DNA of 64,000 nt, taken from positions 2,816,001 through 2,880,000 of the forward strand of contig OX638340.1 in the NCBI GenBank assembly GCA_951812955.1. The letters run 5' to 3'. Positions 30,249 to 40,528 of the stretch are shown in pieces. Below the pieces are notes generated by a model. The model saw nothing but the letters and a program-made list of their open reading frames with translations, was not told the DNA's origin and ran no database searches. The stretch is from an uncultured Gemmatimonadota bacterium. GTDB taxonomy: Bacteria > JAAXHH01. The position numbers were made by a program, and so were the translations under genes. Position 1 is the first letter of the stretch; each line of letters opens with the position of its first letter.

Positions 30249-30775
30249 TGCGCGTCATCCTGACAGGAATCCTTCTGACGATTACGGCCCTGGCTTGCGA
30301 AATGGCTCCAGAGGAAGAGCAGGTGGCCGGGGGCACATTCGTCGGCTATACATTTTCCGAACAGGCCGTCGTCGACACCGCGCTCGATATGGAAGCTGGA
30401 TATACACTGACCTTCAAAGCCTACGATCTTGGCGGCGACGCGCGGTTCGTGGTCTATGTCCAACGGAAGATCTCGGGCGAGTATTATGCCGGGGTTGTTA
30501 GGCTGGGCATCGTCGATCCGCAGGGCAACGTATACACGTACTACCACAGCGCCGAAGCCGAAGCCATAGACCGTCCGATCATGTGGACCCGGCGCGTGCC
30601 GGGCGTACACAACGTCGAAGTCGAGTTCAACGTGCGCGGAGACCAGAAGGTGCGTACCTCCTTCGAAGTCCCACTGATAAGGGAACCGGTATCGGGCTTT
30701 CTCGTCGCCGGCGTCAGTCTGGGCGTTTTGGTCCTCGCGGGCTTGACCCTGGTACTCATAAGAAGACGCCGTTGA
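30248..30775 (+). CDS. Small lipoprotein with additional C-terminal transmembrane anchor and poly-Arg tail (possible sorting signal)
   Basis: GTG start overlapping the upstream stop (taGTG). Lipobox ITALAC at the N-terminus. C-terminus REPVSGFLVAGVSLGVLVLAGLTLVLIRRRR has the tripartite layout (short motif, hydrophobic helix, basic cluster) of exosortase/sortase-type C-terminal sorting signals. Confidence 0.5.
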   Translation: MRVILTGILLTITALACEMAPEEEQVAGGTFVGYTFSEQAVVDTALDMEAGYTLTFKAYDLGGDARFVVYVQRKISGEYYAGVVRLGIVDPQGNVYTYYHSAEAEAIDRPIMWTRRVPGVHNVEVEFNVRGDQKVRTSFEVPLIREPVSGFLVAGVSLGVLVLAGLTLVLIRRRR

Positions 30776-30794
30776 CACGACGCTGATCGGTCGC

Positions 30795-32603
30795 ATGGAC
30801 GCTGGGAGGATCGGTAGTCTCATGCATGCTTTATTCAGGGTTGCGGCGTCCCCGTGTTCCCGATTTAGGGCGTCCCCGTGTTCCCGGTTTGCGGTATTCT
30901 TCCTTTTCCCGTTTCTTTTCCTTTCCTGCGACCTTTCCAATAGCCCTCCGGATGCGACGCGCCCGGAGATGCTCTTCACGGACATCGCGCCTTCCTCCGG
31001 AATCTCGTTCCGTCATGCCAACGGGAAGACCGGCCAATACTACTTCCTTGAAACGGTGGCGTCCGGTGGTGGATTCGTCGATTACGACGGGGACGGCGAC
31101 CTCGACATCTACCTGCTCAACGGCTCGGCCATCCCGGGTTTCGTGCCGGACCTGCCCCTGTCCAACGCGCTTTATCGCAACGAAGGAGACGGATCCTTCA
31201 CGGACGTGACCGATCAGGCCGGCGTGGGAAATCCGGACGGTTACGGGATGGGCATGGCCGTCGCGGATTACGACAACGACGGCGACGACGACCTGTTCGT
31301 CACGAACTATGGGGAGAACATCCTCTATCGCAACGAGGGGAACGGGACTTTCCGCGACGTGACCGGCCGGGCGATGCCGCCGTTACCCCGCAGTCCGATG
31401 TTTTCGACCAGCGCGGCGTTCCTGGATTACGACCGGGACGGGCACCTGGACCTCTACGTGTGCGCGTACGTCGAATTCGACTTCGAAACCAACAAGCGAT
31501 GCATCCGGGACGGCATCCAGTCCTACTGCGGACCCGATATCTATGATGGGGCGGCCGATCTGCTTTACCGGAACAACGGCGACGGGACTTTTTCTGACGT
31601 ATCCTCGGAGGCGGGTATCGCCAATCCGGACGGAAAAGGACTCGGAGTCGTGGGGGGCGACTACGACGGCGATGGCTGGACGGATATATTCGTAGCCAAC
31701 GACCTGACGCCGGATTTCCTTTACCGGAACAACGGCGACGGCACGTTTACGGACATGGCGCTGCTGGCGGGCGTGGCCTATGGCGAGGATGGCGTCGCCC
31801 GGGCAGGCATGGGGGTAGATTTCGGAGACTACGACCGGAACGGGACGCCGGACATCTACGTGACCAATTTCTCCCTGGAACCCAACTCGTTGCACCGGAA
31901 CAACGGAAACGGCACGTTTACCGAAACCACCTTCGGTGCGGGCGTGGGCAATACCACGCTTCTTTCCCTGGGTTTCGGTACGGCCTTCAAAGATTTCGAC
32001 CACGATGGCTGGCTGGATATCTTCGCGGCGAACGGCCATGTGATCGACAATATCTCCCTGTTCGATCCGACGGTGACTTACGCGCAGACCAATCAACTGT
32101 TCCGGAACGAAGGAAACGGGGTTTTCACCGACGTCAGCGCCGGCGCCGGCGCTCCCTTCCACGTGGAGCGCGTGCACCGCGGCGCGGCCTTCGGAGACGT
32201 GGACAACGACGGTGACGTCGATATCCTGGTCACCACCGTGAACGACGTCCCACTGTTGTTGCGGAACGACGGGAACGAGCGGCCCGGTGGAAGCGGCGGT
32301 CCCACCAGTCTGCTCGTCGCCACCGAGGGCGTCCAAAGCAATCGCAACGGGATCGGTGCGCGCGTAACCGTGGTCACGGATGCCGTGCGCCAGTCGCGGG
32401 AAATCCGAAGCGCCTACAGCTACCTGGCGGCCAATGATCTCAGGGCGCACTTCGGGCTAGGTGCGCATGACGGGGCGGATTCGGTGATCGTGGACTGGCC
32501 GACCGGCACAAGGGATGTCGTAACGGGAGTCGATGGCGGCCAGTGGATCACGATCCGCGAAGGCGCAGGTATCGTCTCGCGAACGCCACTTCGCCCGCGT
32601 TGA
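30795..32603 (+). CDS. ASPIC/UnbV-domain FG-GAP (VCBS) repeat protein, CRTAC1 family
   Basis: Repeated FG-GAP/VCBS Ca-binding loops (VDYDGDGDLDIYLL, VADYDNDGDDDLFVTN, LDYDRDGHLDLYV, GDYDGDGWTDIFVAN...). C-terminal UnbV_ASPIC signature (NRNGIGARVTVVTD...AYSYLAANDLRAHFGLG...VIVDWPTG). True start is uncertain: the N-terminus contains a tandem-repeat-encoded ASPCSRF x2 and a lipobox-like FLSCD. Confidence 0.65.
   Translation: MDAGRIGSLMHALFRVAASPCSRFRASPCSRFAVFFLFPFLFLSCDLSNSPPDATRPEMLFTDIAPSSGISFRHANGKTGQYYFLETVASGGGFVDYDGDGDLDIYLLNGSAIPGFVPDLPLSNALYRNEGDGSFTDVTDQAGVGNPDGYGMGMAVADYDNDGDDDLFVTNYGENILYRNEGNGTFRDVTGRAMPPLPRSPMFSTSAAFLDYDRDGHLDLYVCAYVEFDFETNKRCIRDGIQSYCGPDIYDGAADLLYRNNGDGTFSDVSSEAGIANPDGKGLGVVGGDYDGDGWTDIFVANDLTPDFLYRNNGDGTFTDMALLAGVAYGEDGVARAGMGVDFGDYDRNGTPDIYVTNFSLEPNSLHRNNGNGTFTETTFGAGVGNTTLLSLGFGTAFKDFDHDGWLDIFAANGHVIDNISLFDPTVTYAQTNQLFRNEGNGVFTDVSAGAGAPFHVERVHRGAAFGDVDNDGDVDILVTTVNDVPLLLRNDGNERPGGSGGPTSLLVATEGVQSNRNGIGARVTVVTDAVRQSREIRSAYSYLAANDLRAHFGLGAHDGADSVIVDWPTGTRDVVTGVDGGQWITIREGAGIVSRTPLRPR
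30846..30893. repeat. 24-bp tandem duplication (gcgtccccgtgttcccgRtttRSg x2) in the 5' end of the CRTAC1-like ORF
   Basis: Copies at 30846-30869 and 30870-30893 with 3 mismatches; they encode the duplicated peptide ASPCSRF. Confidence 0.8.
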
Positions 32604-33996
32604 AGAACCCGGTCGCCCATAACGCCGCCGGGTAGGCCGCGATCAGGCCCACTTCCCAGGACCAGGTTCCGCCTAAAAGAACCCGCGCCGCGTACAGCAC
32701 CCCGCACACGAAGATCACCTTGAGCAGACGTATATACTCGTAGGGTATCGGGTAATACCTTCGGCCCGCCAGATACAACCCGGCCACCATCACCGCGTAG
32801 GCGGCCGCCGAGGCCGCGGCCGCCCCGTACATGCCGTAATCGGGGATAAGCCAGAGATTCGTCAGGATGCATACCAGGGCGGAAGCGGCCGTGATGAAGG
32901 GGAGCAGGATGGTCTTCTTCTCCAGGTAGACCCCCACGGTCAAGTTGACGTAGATCCCATACAGTACGTAGGCCGCGAGCAGGATCGGCACGACGCCGAT
33001 CCCATCCCAGTACGATTCCGCTATGAGGGTATAGCCACCGATCGAAAGGCGGACCAGGTCGTCGATCAGGAAAGACAGCGTCAGGAAGATGCCGCCCGCT
33101 ATGGCCAGGAAGTAGGTCAACACGCGGGCGAACAGCGGCCTGGGGTTTTCCTCCCTGGAAGTTTCCAGGAAGAATGGCTGCCAGGCCTGTCTGAACATGG
33201 TGACGAAGATGAGCATGCCGACGCCAAGCTTTCGGGCCGCATGGTAGATACCCAGGGTCTCCGTGCCGGACATTCGTTCCAGCATCAGGCGGTCGATGGT
33301 TTCGATGATGATGATGCAGGCGCCGGCGGGCACGTAGGGCAGTCCGAATTTCAAGAGCCGCCCCATGGTTTCGCGAGACCAGGTGAAGGACATGTGCCGC
33401 AACGTAACGCCCGCCAGGATGAGGAAAACGATCCCGGATCCCGCGATATTGCTGATCAGAATCCCCTGCAGCCCCATGTCGAGCACGATGACGAGGTAGC
33501 AGTTTCCGCCCAGTTCGATCATCACCTTCATCAGCTTGAGGGAGGCGAACATCGTGGCCTTGCCTTCTCCCCGCAGCCGAGCGAACGGTATGGCGTTCAG
33601 GGCATCTAGCGCCAGGACCGCGGCGGCCAGCTGGATGTAGGAGGTCAGGGAGGCGGAAACAGCGACAAGGGGCGCTATCCTGGCGGCGAACAGGACGATG
33701 ATCACGCCGAGCCCGACCGAAGTGCACAGCATGGTGAGGTAGCCAGTGCTCAGCGTATCCCGTCTGCGGCCCTCCGCGAGTACGTAGTACCTCAGAAAGG
33801 CCGAATCCATGCCATAGAGGAAGATTACGTTCGTCAGCGCGATAAAGGTATATACGAGACCATAGTAGCCGAATTCCTCCACGGGCATTACATGGGTGTA
33901 TACCGGCACCAGCAGATAGGCCATGGATCTGCCGAGTACGTCGCTGAGACCGTAGATCGCCGAATGGGTGGTGAGTCTTTTGAGGCCTTGAAACAT
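32548..33996 (-). CDS. Polysaccharide/oligosaccharide flippase (Wzx-like, MOP superfamily)
   Basis: ~480 aa with 12-14 predicted TM helices. N-terminus MFQGLKRLTTHSAIYGLSDVLGRSMAYLLVPVYTHVMPVEEFGYYGL matches the Polysacc_synt N-terminal consensus. Start set at the internal ATG (33996); the upstream extension is GC-rich junk. The 3' end overlaps the convergent CRTAC1-like gene by ~55 bp. Confidence 0.6.
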   Translation of the reverse strand: MFQGLKRLTTHSAIYGLSDVLGRSMAYLLVPVYTHVMPVEEFGYYGLVYTFIALTNVIFLYGMDSAFLRYYVLAEGRRRDTLSTGYLTMLCTSVGLGVIIVLFAARIAPLVAVSASLTSYIQLAAAVLALDALNAIPFARLRGEGKATMFASLKLMKVMIELGGNCYLVIVLDMGLQGILISNIAGSGIVFLILAGVTLRHMSFTWSRETMGRLLKFGLPYVPAGACIIIIETIDRLMLERMSGTETLGIYHAARKLGVGMLIFVTMFRQAWQPFFLETSREENPRPLFARVLTYFLAIAGGIFLTLSFLIDDLVRLSIGGYTLIAESYWDGIGVVPILLAAYVLYGIYVNLTVGVYLEKKTILLPFITAASALVCILTNLWLIPDYGMYGAAAASAAAYAVMVAGLYLAGRRYYPIPYEYIRLLKVIFVCGVLYAARVLLGGTWSWEVGLIAAYPAALWATGFFNAGEVAFARRYLRLRGS

Positions 33997-34451
33997 GGAT
34001 CGCGGTTTGAGGACGGTCAGGGTTCTCGAAGCCTCGGGAGGGGATCGACGGTTGCTCAGTCCAGGTGGCCCGCACCGTGAGTTCGCCCGCTGGCTGGCCG
34101 TGTGCACGTATGTGGAAACCAGGCGCCGAGCACCGTAATGGTACCTCCGACTGCCCGGGACGTCAAGCACTTACGGCGGCGTTGCCTCGTCGGGGAGACC
34201 CTTCGTAGCCGCACGGGCCGATTTCAGTATTGCACGCGAATGACCGAAAAAGGTTCGTTGTTACGGTGCAGGTCATTATCTTGTCGAGGTGCTGCGCGGT
34301 CGGCCGACGCGACGGTACGTGGCAGGTAGACGTGCCGGTACGTGGTTGGTAGATGCGCCAGTACGTGGCCGTAGCAGCCCGTCACCGTGTAGGTCCGTGG
34401 CCGTGCCCCGTCCACCGGGATGGTCAGTATATTCTACGAGCAGGTGTGCTG

Positions 34452-35195
34452 ATGTCGGAAGTCATCTACGGGCGGAACCCGGTCAGGGCAGCCCTCCAAG
34501 CGGGCCGCAGCCTCAACCGGATCTTCATCGCCGATGGGGTTTCGCGCCAGGACGTGGGCGATATCCTGGAACTCGCCCGGAAGCAGGGCGTCGTCTACCA
34601 GTTTACGGACCGCCGCCAGTTGGACGGTTTGACCGATGGCCGGCACCAGGGCATCGTTGCCACGGTGGCCGGACAACAGTATGCCGAACTGGCCGATATC
34701 CTGGCATCGGCACGGCGTTCCGAATCTCCCCCCTTCCTGGTCCTGCTGGACGGCATACAGGATCCCCACAATCTCGGAGCGATCATACGGACAGCGGATG
34801 CCGTACGCGTCGACGGCGTCGTGATTCCCCGGAGAAACGCGGCGGGTCTGACGGCGGCCTCTGTCAAGGCTTCGGCCGGGACCAGCGCCCATGTGCCGGT
34901 CGCGCGGGTGGCGAACCTGAACAACGCCATGCAGACGCTTCGTGAAGAAGGAGTCTGGCTCATGGGCCTGGCGTCGGACGGCCCTTCACTTTTCAATAGA
35001 GTGGACTATACCGTACCCATAGCGCTCGTCATAGGCGGCGAGGGTAAGGGGCTGAGGCCCCTGGTCCAGCGCAACTGCGACGAGGTGGTACGGCTCCCCA
35101 TTGCTGGGCACGTGGATTCGCTTAACGTATCCGTGGCGGCGGCCCTCGTGCTGTACGAAGTCTTTCGTCAGCGTATGGGTATAGGGGACGGGTAG
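34452..35195 (+). CDS. rlmB: 23S rRNA (guanosine-2'-O)-methyltransferase RlmB (SpoU/TrmH family)
   Basis: N-terminal substrate-binding start MSEVIYGRNPVRAAL. SPOUT motifs LVLLDGIQDPHNLGAIIRTADA, ALVIGGEGKGLR, VRLPIAGHVDSLNVSVAAALVLYE. Confidence 0.8.
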   Translation: MSEVIYGRNPVRAALQAGRSLNRIFIADGVSRQDVGDILELARKQGVVYQFTDRRQLDGLTDGRHQGIVATVAGQQYAELADILASARRSESPPFLVLLDGIQDPHNLGAIIRTADAVRVDGVVIPRRNAAGLTAASVKASAGTSAHVPVARVANLNNAMQTLREEGVWLMGLASDGPSLFNRVDYTVPIALVIGGEGKGLRPLVQRNCDEVVRLPIAGHVDSLNVSVAAALVLYEVFRQRMGIGDG

Positions 35196-35405
35196 AGCCG
35201 TTCGATACCCCGAAGACGGCACATGCCGTGAGACCTCACCTCTGGCGGACTCGAAGAGCGTGAACCTGAAGACTTCGCGCAGGCCGTCCTTATCCTACAA
35301 AACGGTTGACACAGCGGCCTCGCGGGGTTATGCTACCGCCTTGGTTTTTTTGGCATATTGACATGAGAGCAGGGACAAAACGAAGTAAAGGAGCGCGGTA
35401 GCTTT

Positions 35406-38108
35406 ATGGCGAAACATGTGTACTACTTTGGTGGCGGCGAGGCGGACGGAACCGCGGACTTGCGTGAGCTTCTGGGCGGCAAGGGCGCCAATCTGGCCGA
35501 AATGAGCCACCTGGGGATTCCCGTACCCGCGGGCTTTACCATCTCCACGGAAATCTGCACCTATTTCTACGATAACGATCGCCAGTATCCGGCGGACCTT
35601 GACGAGCAGATCCAGCAGGCTATGGGACAGGTCGAGGCCGTCATGGACGCCGGTTTCGGCAGTCCCGAAAACCCGCTGCTGGTGTCCGTCCGGTCCGGAT
35701 CCCGTTCATCCATGCCCGGCATGATGGACACCATTCTGAATCTCGGCCTGAACGATGTAACCGTGCAGGGACTGATCGCGCAGTCGGGCGACGAACGTTT
35801 CGCCTACGACAGCTACCGGCGTTTCGTACAGATGTACGGCGACGTGGTCATGGGCGTGCGTCCGACGGACGATGAAGATCGCGATCCCTTCGAGGCGTTG
35901 CTGGAACGCAGAAAGGTCCGTGTTGGCGTCACGCAGGACGTGGAGCTCGGGGCCGCCGACCTCAAGGCGCTGGTCGCCGAATTCAAGGACGAGATCAAGG
36001 CGCGCACGGGCGCCGACTTCCCCGACGACCCCCGCGAGCAACTCTGGGGCGCCATAGGCGCCGTGTTCGGCTCGTGGCACAACGAACGCGCCGCGGTGTA
36101 CCGTAAGCTGAACAACATCCCGGATGAATGGGGCACTGCTGTCAACGTACAGGCCATGGTCTACGGCAACATGGGCAACGACTGCGCTACGGGTGTCGCT
36201 TTCAGCCGCGATCCCGCGACCGGCGAGAAGCGGTTCTACGGAGAATATCTCATCAACGCCCAAGGCGAGGACGTCGTGGCGGGTATTCGGACGCCCAGGC
36301 CAATCGAGCAGTTGCGTGAGGAAATGCCGGACGCCTACGATCAACTGGTCCGGATCTGCGATACGCTGGAGACCCATTACAAGGACATGCAGGATATCGA
36401 ATTCACCATCCAGCGCCACAACCTGTGGATGCTGCAGTGCCGGGTCGGGAAGCGTACCGGTTTCTCCGCCATCACGATCGCGGTGGACATGGTGAAGGAA
36501 GGCCTGATCGACGAGAAGGAAGCCCTGCGGCGCGTGGAGCCCGACCAGTTGGACCAGTTGCTGCGTCCCGTATTCGACGTGGAGGAAAAGCGCCGTGCGG
36601 AGAACGAGGGGCGGGTCCTCGCCCGGGGCCTCAACGCAGGTCCGGGCGCGGCGGCGGGCAAGGTGGCTTTCAATGCGAACGACGCCGAGACCTGGGCGGA
36701 CCGCGGTGACCAGGTCATCCTGGTCCGTATCGAGACGTCGCCCGAAGACATACGCGGCATGGACGCGGCGACGGGCATCCTGACCGCCCGGGGCGGCATG
36801 ACGAGCCACGCGGCGCTGGTCGCCCGGCAGATGGGCAAGGTCTGCGTCGCCGGCTGCGGCGAGCTGGACATCGACTACGCCACCCGGACAATGCGCGTCG
36901 GAGACCAGGTGATCAACGAAGGGGATTTCATCTCCATCGACGGATCCACCGGGGAGGTCATTGCCGGGGCCATCCCGACCATTCCCTCCGAAGTGCTGCA
37001 GGTCCTGTTGCAGAAATCCATGTCGTCCGAAGAATCGGAGGTCTATCAGCGTTACGAAAGCTTGATGGCCTGGGCGGACCGGTACCGCCGGCTGAGGGTG
37101 CGGACCAACGCGGATCAGCCCGATCAGTCGGCTACCGCGCGCGTCTTCGGCGCCGAGGGCATCGGCCTGTGCCGGACGGAGCACATGTTCTTCGAGGAAG
37201 ACCGGATCGACTCGGTTCGGGAAATGATCCTGGCCGATGACGAGGCCGGTCGCCGGAAAGCGCTGGCCAGGCTGCTGCCGATTCAGAGAAGCGATTTCAC
37301 CGGGATCTTCGAGGTCATGGACGGCTATCCCGTCACGATACGAACGCTCGATCCACCCCTGCACGAGTTTCTGCCCCACGATGCAGAGGCTATTGCGCAG
37401 CTCGCCGCGCAAACGGGGGTGCCCGTGGAGCGTTACCACCGCAAGCTGGAAGACCTGCGGGAAGCCAATCCCATGCTCGGCCATCGCGGCTGCAGGCTGG
37501 GCATCGCCTTTCCCGAGATCACCGAAATGCAGGCCCGTGCGATTTTCGAAGCCGCGACCGACTGCCTGAAACGCGGCATCAAGGCCATCCCCGAGATCAT
37601 GATCCCGCTGGTCGGACACCTCAATGAACTGCGCCTGCAGGCCGATGTCGTCCGCGCCGCGGCCCGGGCTGTGCAGGAAGAGACCGGCGTCGAGGTGGAC
37701 TACCAGATCGGCACGATGATCGAACTGCCGCGCGCCGCGCTGACTGCCCACGAAATTGCGGAAGAAGCGGAGTTCTTCTCTTTCGGGACCAACGATCTGA
37801 CCCAGACGACCTTCGGGCTATCCCGCGACGACGCGAAGTTCATACCCGACTACCTGCATGCCGGAATCTGGCCGGAAGATCCCTTTGTCAGTATCGACAG
37901 CAGCGGCGTCGGCGAACTGGTGAAAATCGGCGTCGAGCGGGGCCGGGCCACGCGAGGTGGCATGAAGGTGGGTATCTGCGGCGAACACGGCGGCGATCCC
38001 GCCTCGGTCGAATTCTGCCACGGCGTGGACCTGGACTATGTGAGTTGCTCCCCGTACCGCGTCCCCATCGCCTGCCTGGCGGCCGCACGGGCGGCGCTCG
38101 CGGAATAG
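35406..38108 (+). CDS. ppdK: Pyruvate, phosphate dikinase
   Basis: 900 aa. N-terminus [15 protein letters not shown]...[28 protein letters not shown] and [26 protein letters not shown] closely parallel characterised PPDKs. Central phospho-His domain ([15 protein letters not shown]) and C-terminal PEP-utilising TIM barrel. Confidence 0.93.
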   Translation: MAKHVYYFGGGEADGTADLRELLGGKGANLAEMSHLGIPVPAGFTISTEICTYFYDNDRQYPADLDEQIQQAMGQVEAVMDAGFGSPENPLLVSVRSGSRSSMPGMMDTILNLGLNDVTVQGLIAQSGDERFAYDSYRRFVQMYGDVVMGVRPTDDEDRDPFEALLERRKVRVGVTQDVELGAADLKALVAEFKDEIKARTGADFPDDPREQLWGAIGAVFGSWHNERAAVYRKLNNIPDEWGTAVNVQAMVYGNMGNDCATGVAFSRDPATGEKRFYGEYLINAQGEDVVAGIRTPRPIEQLREEMPDAYDQLVRICDTLETHYKDMQDIEFTIQRHNLWMLQCRVGKRTGFSAITIAVDMVKEGLIDEKEALRRVEPDQLDQLLRPVFDVEEKRRAENEGRVLARGLNAGPGAAAGKVAFNANDAETWADRGDQVILVRIETSPEDIRGMDAATGILTARGGMTSHAALVARQMGKVCVAGCGELDIDYATRTMRVGDQVINEGDFISIDGSTGEVIAGAIPTIPSEVLQVLLQKSMSSEESEVYQRYESLMAWADRYRRLRVRTNADQPDQSATARVFGAEGIGLCRTEHMFFEEDRIDSVREMILADDEAGRRKALARLLPIQRSDFTGIFEVMDGYPVTIRTLDPPLHEFLPHDAEAIAQLAAQTGVPVERYHRKLEDLREANPMLGHRGCRLGIAFPEITEMQARAIFEAATDCLKRGIKAIPEIMIPLVGHLNELRLQADVVRAAARAVQEETGVEVDYQIGTMIELPRAALTAHEIAEEAEFFSFGTNDLTQTTFGLSRDDAKFIPDYLHAGIWPEDPFVSIDSSGVGELVKIGVERGRATRGGMKVGICGEHGGDPASVEFCHGVDLDYVSCSPYRVPIACLAAARAALAE

Positions 38109-38280
38109 GGCGCCTGGTTCGCAGGTCCGCACCTTTGTTCCGCTTAGCAGCGGTGCCTGGCGTCTGCCCCCGGTATGCGCTGTCCGAATAGGGTACCTGG
38201 ACCGGTTATCATCGCCCGCCTGGCCGCGACCCGGGCGGCGCCGTTCCGGCCAGGGGCCAACGTAAGCAACTTCTTTCTCT

Positions 38281-39468
38281 TTGCGCGGAAGTAACGGCGG
38301 CTTGCCGCGGAATTCCGGTAACATGTGGGAACTCTTCTGGCGATTCCTGGCCCTGGGATGCATAAGCTTCGGCGGTCCCGCCGCCCATCTGGGGTATTTC
38401 CGAACCGCATTCGTGGAGCGGTTGAAGTGGATTGACGAAGCGGCCTACGGCCGTCTCATCGCCCTGAGCCAGTTCCTTCCCGGCCCATCTTCCAGCCAGG
38501 TCGGTTTCGCCATCGGATACCAGCGGGCGGGCGTCGCGGGCGGCGTCGCCGTGTTCCTGGGTTTCACGCTGCCGTCGTTCGTGCTTCTTTACCTCCTCGC
38601 GATGGCTGGGGGTACGCTGACGGACACGGTCTACTTCGGCGGATTCGTCAAGGGGTTGAAACTGCTGGCCGTGGTCGTGGTCGCAGACGCCGTCCTGGGC
38701 ATGTATTCCACCTTCTGCAAGGGCCGGCTGACCGGTGCGCTCTGCGTATTGACCGCCTCGGCCCTGTTGGTCGCCCCTTCGATGGCTACCCAGTTCGCGG
38801 TCCTGGCGGCCGGTGCGCTGGTCGGCTGGCGCTTGCTCCGCGCTCCGGAGACGCCGGCCGGTGGCAGACTCCGGTTCTCCTGGCTGCCGCTGACGCTCTT
38901 TTTTCTGCTCCTCATCGGTCTGCCGTTCCTGGCGGGCCTGTCGTCGAAACTCGATCTGCTTTCACGTTTTTACCAGACCGGAAGCCTGGTATTCGGCGGC
39001 GGACACGTCGTTTTGCCCTTGCTTCAGCAGACCGTAGGCGAAGCGCTTTCCATCGATCGCTTCCTGCTCGGCTACGCCGCCGCCCAGGCCATTCCCGGTC
39101 CCATGTTCACCCTGTCCGCCTTTCTGGGCGCGGAGATGACCCCGGACCAGGCGCTGGCTGGCGCGTTGATCGCGGTCCTGGGGATCTTCCTGCCGGGATT
39201 CCTGTTGATCATGGCCTTTCACGATACCTGGGAGACCCTGGCGCGGAAACCGGGCGCGGCCGGCGCCGTCGCGGGGGTCAACGCCGCGGTGGTCGGGCTG
39301 CTGCTGGCGGCACTATACCAGCCCGTGTTCGTCAACGCCGTCTTCTCGCCCCTGGATCTCTCGCTCGCAGTTGTCGGGTTTTTCATGCTGCGGGTGATTC
39401 GATTGCCGATACTTCTGCTGGTGACGTTTTTCGCCGCTGCGGGTATTCTGGTTGCGGTTCTGGGTTGA
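38281..39468 (+). CDS. chrA: Chromate transporter ChrA (two CHR domains)
   Basis: ISFGGPAAHLGYFRTAFVERLKWIDEAAYGRLIALSQFLPGPSSSQ is the ChrA N-terminal CHR-domain signature; the second half repeats it (SLVFGGGHVVLPLL...AAAQAIPGPMFTLSAFLG). ~10-12 TM helices. Likely start at ATG 38323. Confidence 0.8.
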   Translation: MRGSNGGLPRNSGNMWELFWRFLALGCISFGGPAAHLGYFRTAFVERLKWIDEAAYGRLIALSQFLPGPSSSQVGFAIGYQRAGVAGGVAVFLGFTLPSFVLLYLLAMAGGTLTDTVYFGGFVKGLKLLAVVVVADAVLGMYSTFCKGRLTGALCVLTASALLVAPSMATQFAVLAAGALVGWRLLRAPETPAGGRLRFSWLPLTLFFLLLIGLPFLAGLSSKLDLLSRFYQTGSLVFGGGHVVLPLLQQTVGEALSIDRFLLGYAAAQAIPGPMFTLSAFLGAEMTPDQALAGALIAVLGIFLPGFLLIMAFHDTWETLARKPGAAGAVAGVNAAVVGLLLAALYQPVFVNAVFSPLDLSLAVVGFFMLRVIRLPILLLVTFFAAAGILVAVLG

Positions 39469-39476
39469 ACAGTTAC

Positions 39477-40322
39477 TCACGACCAGTCCCCGCAACCGAG
39501 AAACGTCATGTGCTTCCCGGCCTCGTACGCGGGAAACTTCCGATAGGTGTTGATTCCTTCGACGGGACTGCCGCGGAACAGGAAAAGACAGGGCCACTCC
39601 CGCGTGACCTTCGTCGTCGCGGGCATGTACTGGATCGAGCCGCCCCGCCTCCACGCGTTGCTCTCGTTCGGATTGGAACCATGCAACAGCAGCGGGTGAT
39701 GGACCGAGACGTCTCCGGGCGACAGGACCAGGTCGACCGCCTGGCTTTCGTCGAACGCTTCCGGATCGGCCTGGTTGAGGATGTAGTTGTCTGTGCTCTC
39801 CGGGGAGTGGCTGTGCAGACCGGATCTGTGCGATCCGGGGATCACGCGGACACAACCATTGGAGGGCAACGAGGCGGTGATGGCGAACCAGACGGTAATG
39901 ACCTCCAAGGGCTCGAGGGGCCAGTAGTGGCCGTCCTGGTGCCAGTGGACGCCCCTGCCCCTTCGGGGCGGCTTGCAGATGTAATCCGCCGCGAAAAAGG
40001 CCACGTTCGGACCGACCAGGGCTTCCGCCACGTCCAGCAGGTTGCGGTCGCTGAGGAAACGCACCCAGAAGGGATCGCCGGCTATGAGCCAGTGTCCCAA
40101 CGATTCGGGAGGCAGATCGGGGTGGCGGTCCATCAACCAGTCGATATGCCGGTCCGCCTCTCGAATCAGTCCGGCGGGCAGGACATTACGCACGATGACG
40201 AAGCCGTCCCGTTCGTAGTCTTCTCCGATGTCCTGAATTTGTGGATAAGTAAACTCAGCCACGCAGTCTGACCTCGAGTACGGACGGTCGATCCCTGTCC
40301 GGAAGACCGTCCGCTGATCCAA
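39477..40322 (-). CDS. Phytanoyl-CoA dioxygenase (PhyH) family Fe(II)/2-oxoglutarate-dependent oxygenase
   Basis: HWHQDGHYW (HxD facial triad), VWFAITASLPSNGCVRVIPGSH (distal His). PhyH-type N-terminus DGFVIVRNVLP. Confidence 0.7.
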   Translation of the reverse strand: MDQRTVFRTGIDRPYSRSDCVAEFTYPQIQDIGEDYERDGFVIVRNVLPAGLIREADRHIDWLMDRHPDLPPESLGHWLIAGDPFWVRFLSDRNLLDVAEALVGPNVAFFAADYICKPPRRGRGVHWHQDGHYWPLEPLEVITVWFAITASLPSNGCVRVIPGSHRSGLHSHSPESTDNYILNQADPEAFDESQAVDLVLSPGDVSVHHPLLLHGSNPNESNAWRRGGSIQYMPATTKVTREWPCLFLFRGSPVEGINTYRKFPAYEAGKHMTFLGCGDWS

Positions 40323-40528
40323 AGAACTGCTTGCGGTAAACCTTATTAATGACGATTAAACTAGAACATTACATCCGGGACAAGTTTATTGTATACATAC
40401 CGTTCGTACTGCGGATTTTTAGTAGGATGTGCCGAGTGAATCCGTTGATGACCAACCGGTTCCATACCATTTAGCAATCAGGCCGCGTTTCTGATTTTAA
40501 AATCTTTGCCCTTACCAGAGTAAAACAC

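Noticed and set aside
32420-34075. 551-aa minus ORF in another frame of the flippase gene
   Set aside because: The overlapping frame 32548-33996 gives a coherent 12-14 TM Wzx-like protein; this frame gives RG-rich nonsense.
35706-37751. 681-aa minus-strand ORF inside ppdK
   Set aside because: It lies opposite the unmistakable pyruvate phosphate dikinase gene and has low-complexity RG-rich translation. Shadow ORF.
38139-38152. Hairpin ccgct-tagc-agcgg after ppdK as a rho-independent terminator
   Set aside because: 5-bp stem only and no downstream U-tract; too weak to call.
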